The notes beneath the pieces were generated by a model. The model was given only the letters and a program-made list of their open reading frames with translations. It was not told where the DNA came from and searched no databases. Both the position numbers and the translations under genes were made by a program. 43,572 nt of DNA from Cyanobacteriota bacterium. GTDB taxonomy: Bacteria; Cyanobacteriota; Cyanobacteriia; Phormidesmidales; Phormidesmidaceae. Every line of letters begins with the position of its first letter. The stretch's first letter is position 1. Shown here one piece after another: positions 42,630-43,572 of this stretch. The stretch is taken from contig JAYKIM010000186.1 of NCBI GenBank assembly GCA_035286245.1, positions 1 to 43,572 on the forward strand, in the 5' to 3' direction.

Positions 42630-43572
42630 GTGAACCCCCTACTCAGCCTCGACTATATTCCGGCTCTGGAGTCCCTCGGGGATGATTTCTACGATCTGGT
42701 GGCGGCGGCGGCCTTTCCCCAGCATCGCCTGCGGTTTCGCAACGATCACCTGTTGACCCGGCTCGGGCTAGACCAGGCCGCGGTCAGTGATGAGCATTTT
42801 ATCGCTGCCTTTGGCCAATTCCAGGGCCGGGAACTCTTCCTGGCCCTGCGTTACCACGGCTATCAGTTTGGTCAATACAATCCCTTTTTAGGGGATGGCC
42901 GGGGCTTTCTCTACGGTCAGCTGCGGGGGGTAGACGGCGAGCTCTACGATCTGGGCACCAAGGGTTCGGGCACCACCCCCTACTCCCGGGGCGGCGATGG
43001 CCGCCTCACCCTCAAGGGTGGGGTGCGGGAGGTACTGGCGGCGGAAGCCCTCCATGCCCTGGGGGTGACCACCTCCCGCACCTTGAGTTTGGTGGAAACC
43101 GGTGAGGCCCTCTGGCGCGGCGATGAACCCTCCCCCACCCGCTCTTCCGTAATGGTGCGATTTAGCCGTTCCCACATCCGTTTTGGCAGCTTTGAGCGGT
43201 TGCACTACCACGATCGCCCCGATCTGATGGCCAAACTGCTGGAGCATGTGATTGATGTTTACTACCCCGGGTCTCGACTCTACCGCGATCGCCAAGAGCG
43301 GTTCCTGGCCTTCTACGATGAATTGGTGGACCGGGTAGCGGCCCTAGCGGCCCAGTGGATGGCGGTGGGGTTCTGCCACGGTGTGCTCAACACCGATAAC
43401 ATGTCGATCACCGGTGAAAGCTTTGACTACGGCCCCTACGCCTTCATCGATCGCTACGATCCCCGCTTCACCGCCGCCTACTTTGACCATGGGGGGCGCT
43501 ATAGCTACGGTAACCAGCCCGGTATCTGCCAACTCAACCTCAAGGCCCTGCAAAAGCCCCTGGCCCAACTCA
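42630..43572 (+). CDS. selO: SelO/YdiU family protein adenylyltransferase, 3' end outside window
   Basis: Not in the ORF track. From GTG at 42630: [21 protein letters not shown]...[18 protein letters not shown]...[15 protein letters not shown]...[24 protein letters not shown]. Confidence 0.93.
   Translation, partial: MNPLLSLDYIPALESLGDDFYDLVAAAAFPQHRLRFRNDHLLTRLGLDQAAVSDEHFIAAFGQFQGRELFLALRYHGYQFGQYNPFLGDGRGFLYGQLRGVDGELYDLGTKGSGTTPYSRGGDGRLTLKGGVREVLAAEALHALGVTTSRTLSLVETGEALWRGDEPSPTRSSVMVRFSRSHIRFGSFERLHYHDRPDLMAKLLEHVIDVYYPGSRLYRDRQERFLAFYDELVDRVAALAAQWMAVGFCHGVLNTDNMSITGESFDYGPYAFIDRYDPRFTAAYFDHGGRYSYGNQPGICQLNLKALQKPLAQL

Overview
Core chromosomal window from a cyanobacterium: RNA polymerase beta' is split into rpoC1 and rpoC2, psb32, ndhB, ndhO and ftn2/zipN are present, and HIP1 (GCGATCGC) sites are frequent. 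Gene order: partial DICT-GAF sensor, psb32, GST, cobM, pnp, tRNA-Tyr and tRNA-Thr, ybhB, fmt, DUF4335, DUF3038, ftn2, pdhA, pdhB, secD, secF, hypothetical, lexA (with an upstream LexA box), usp, hisD, rpsT, tatD, rpoB, rpoC1, rpoC2, rbsK, Zn-ribbon protein, ndhO, small Pro-rich membrane ORF, SLATT 2TM protein, mutM, topA, ndhB, mqo, very acidic small protein, partial selO/ydiU. I saw no transposase, integrase, CRISPR array, intron or intein. All product calls come from motif recognition, not database searches. No new system is proven. The best leads are: (1) the ftn2-DUF3038-DUF4335 cluster, in which DUF4335 has TonB/TolA-like architecture with a duplicated C-terminal domain; (2) an orphan SLATT effector directly behind topA-mutM; (3) an acidic protein of Ocr-like size and charge divergent from selO; (4) mqo directly behind ndhB.
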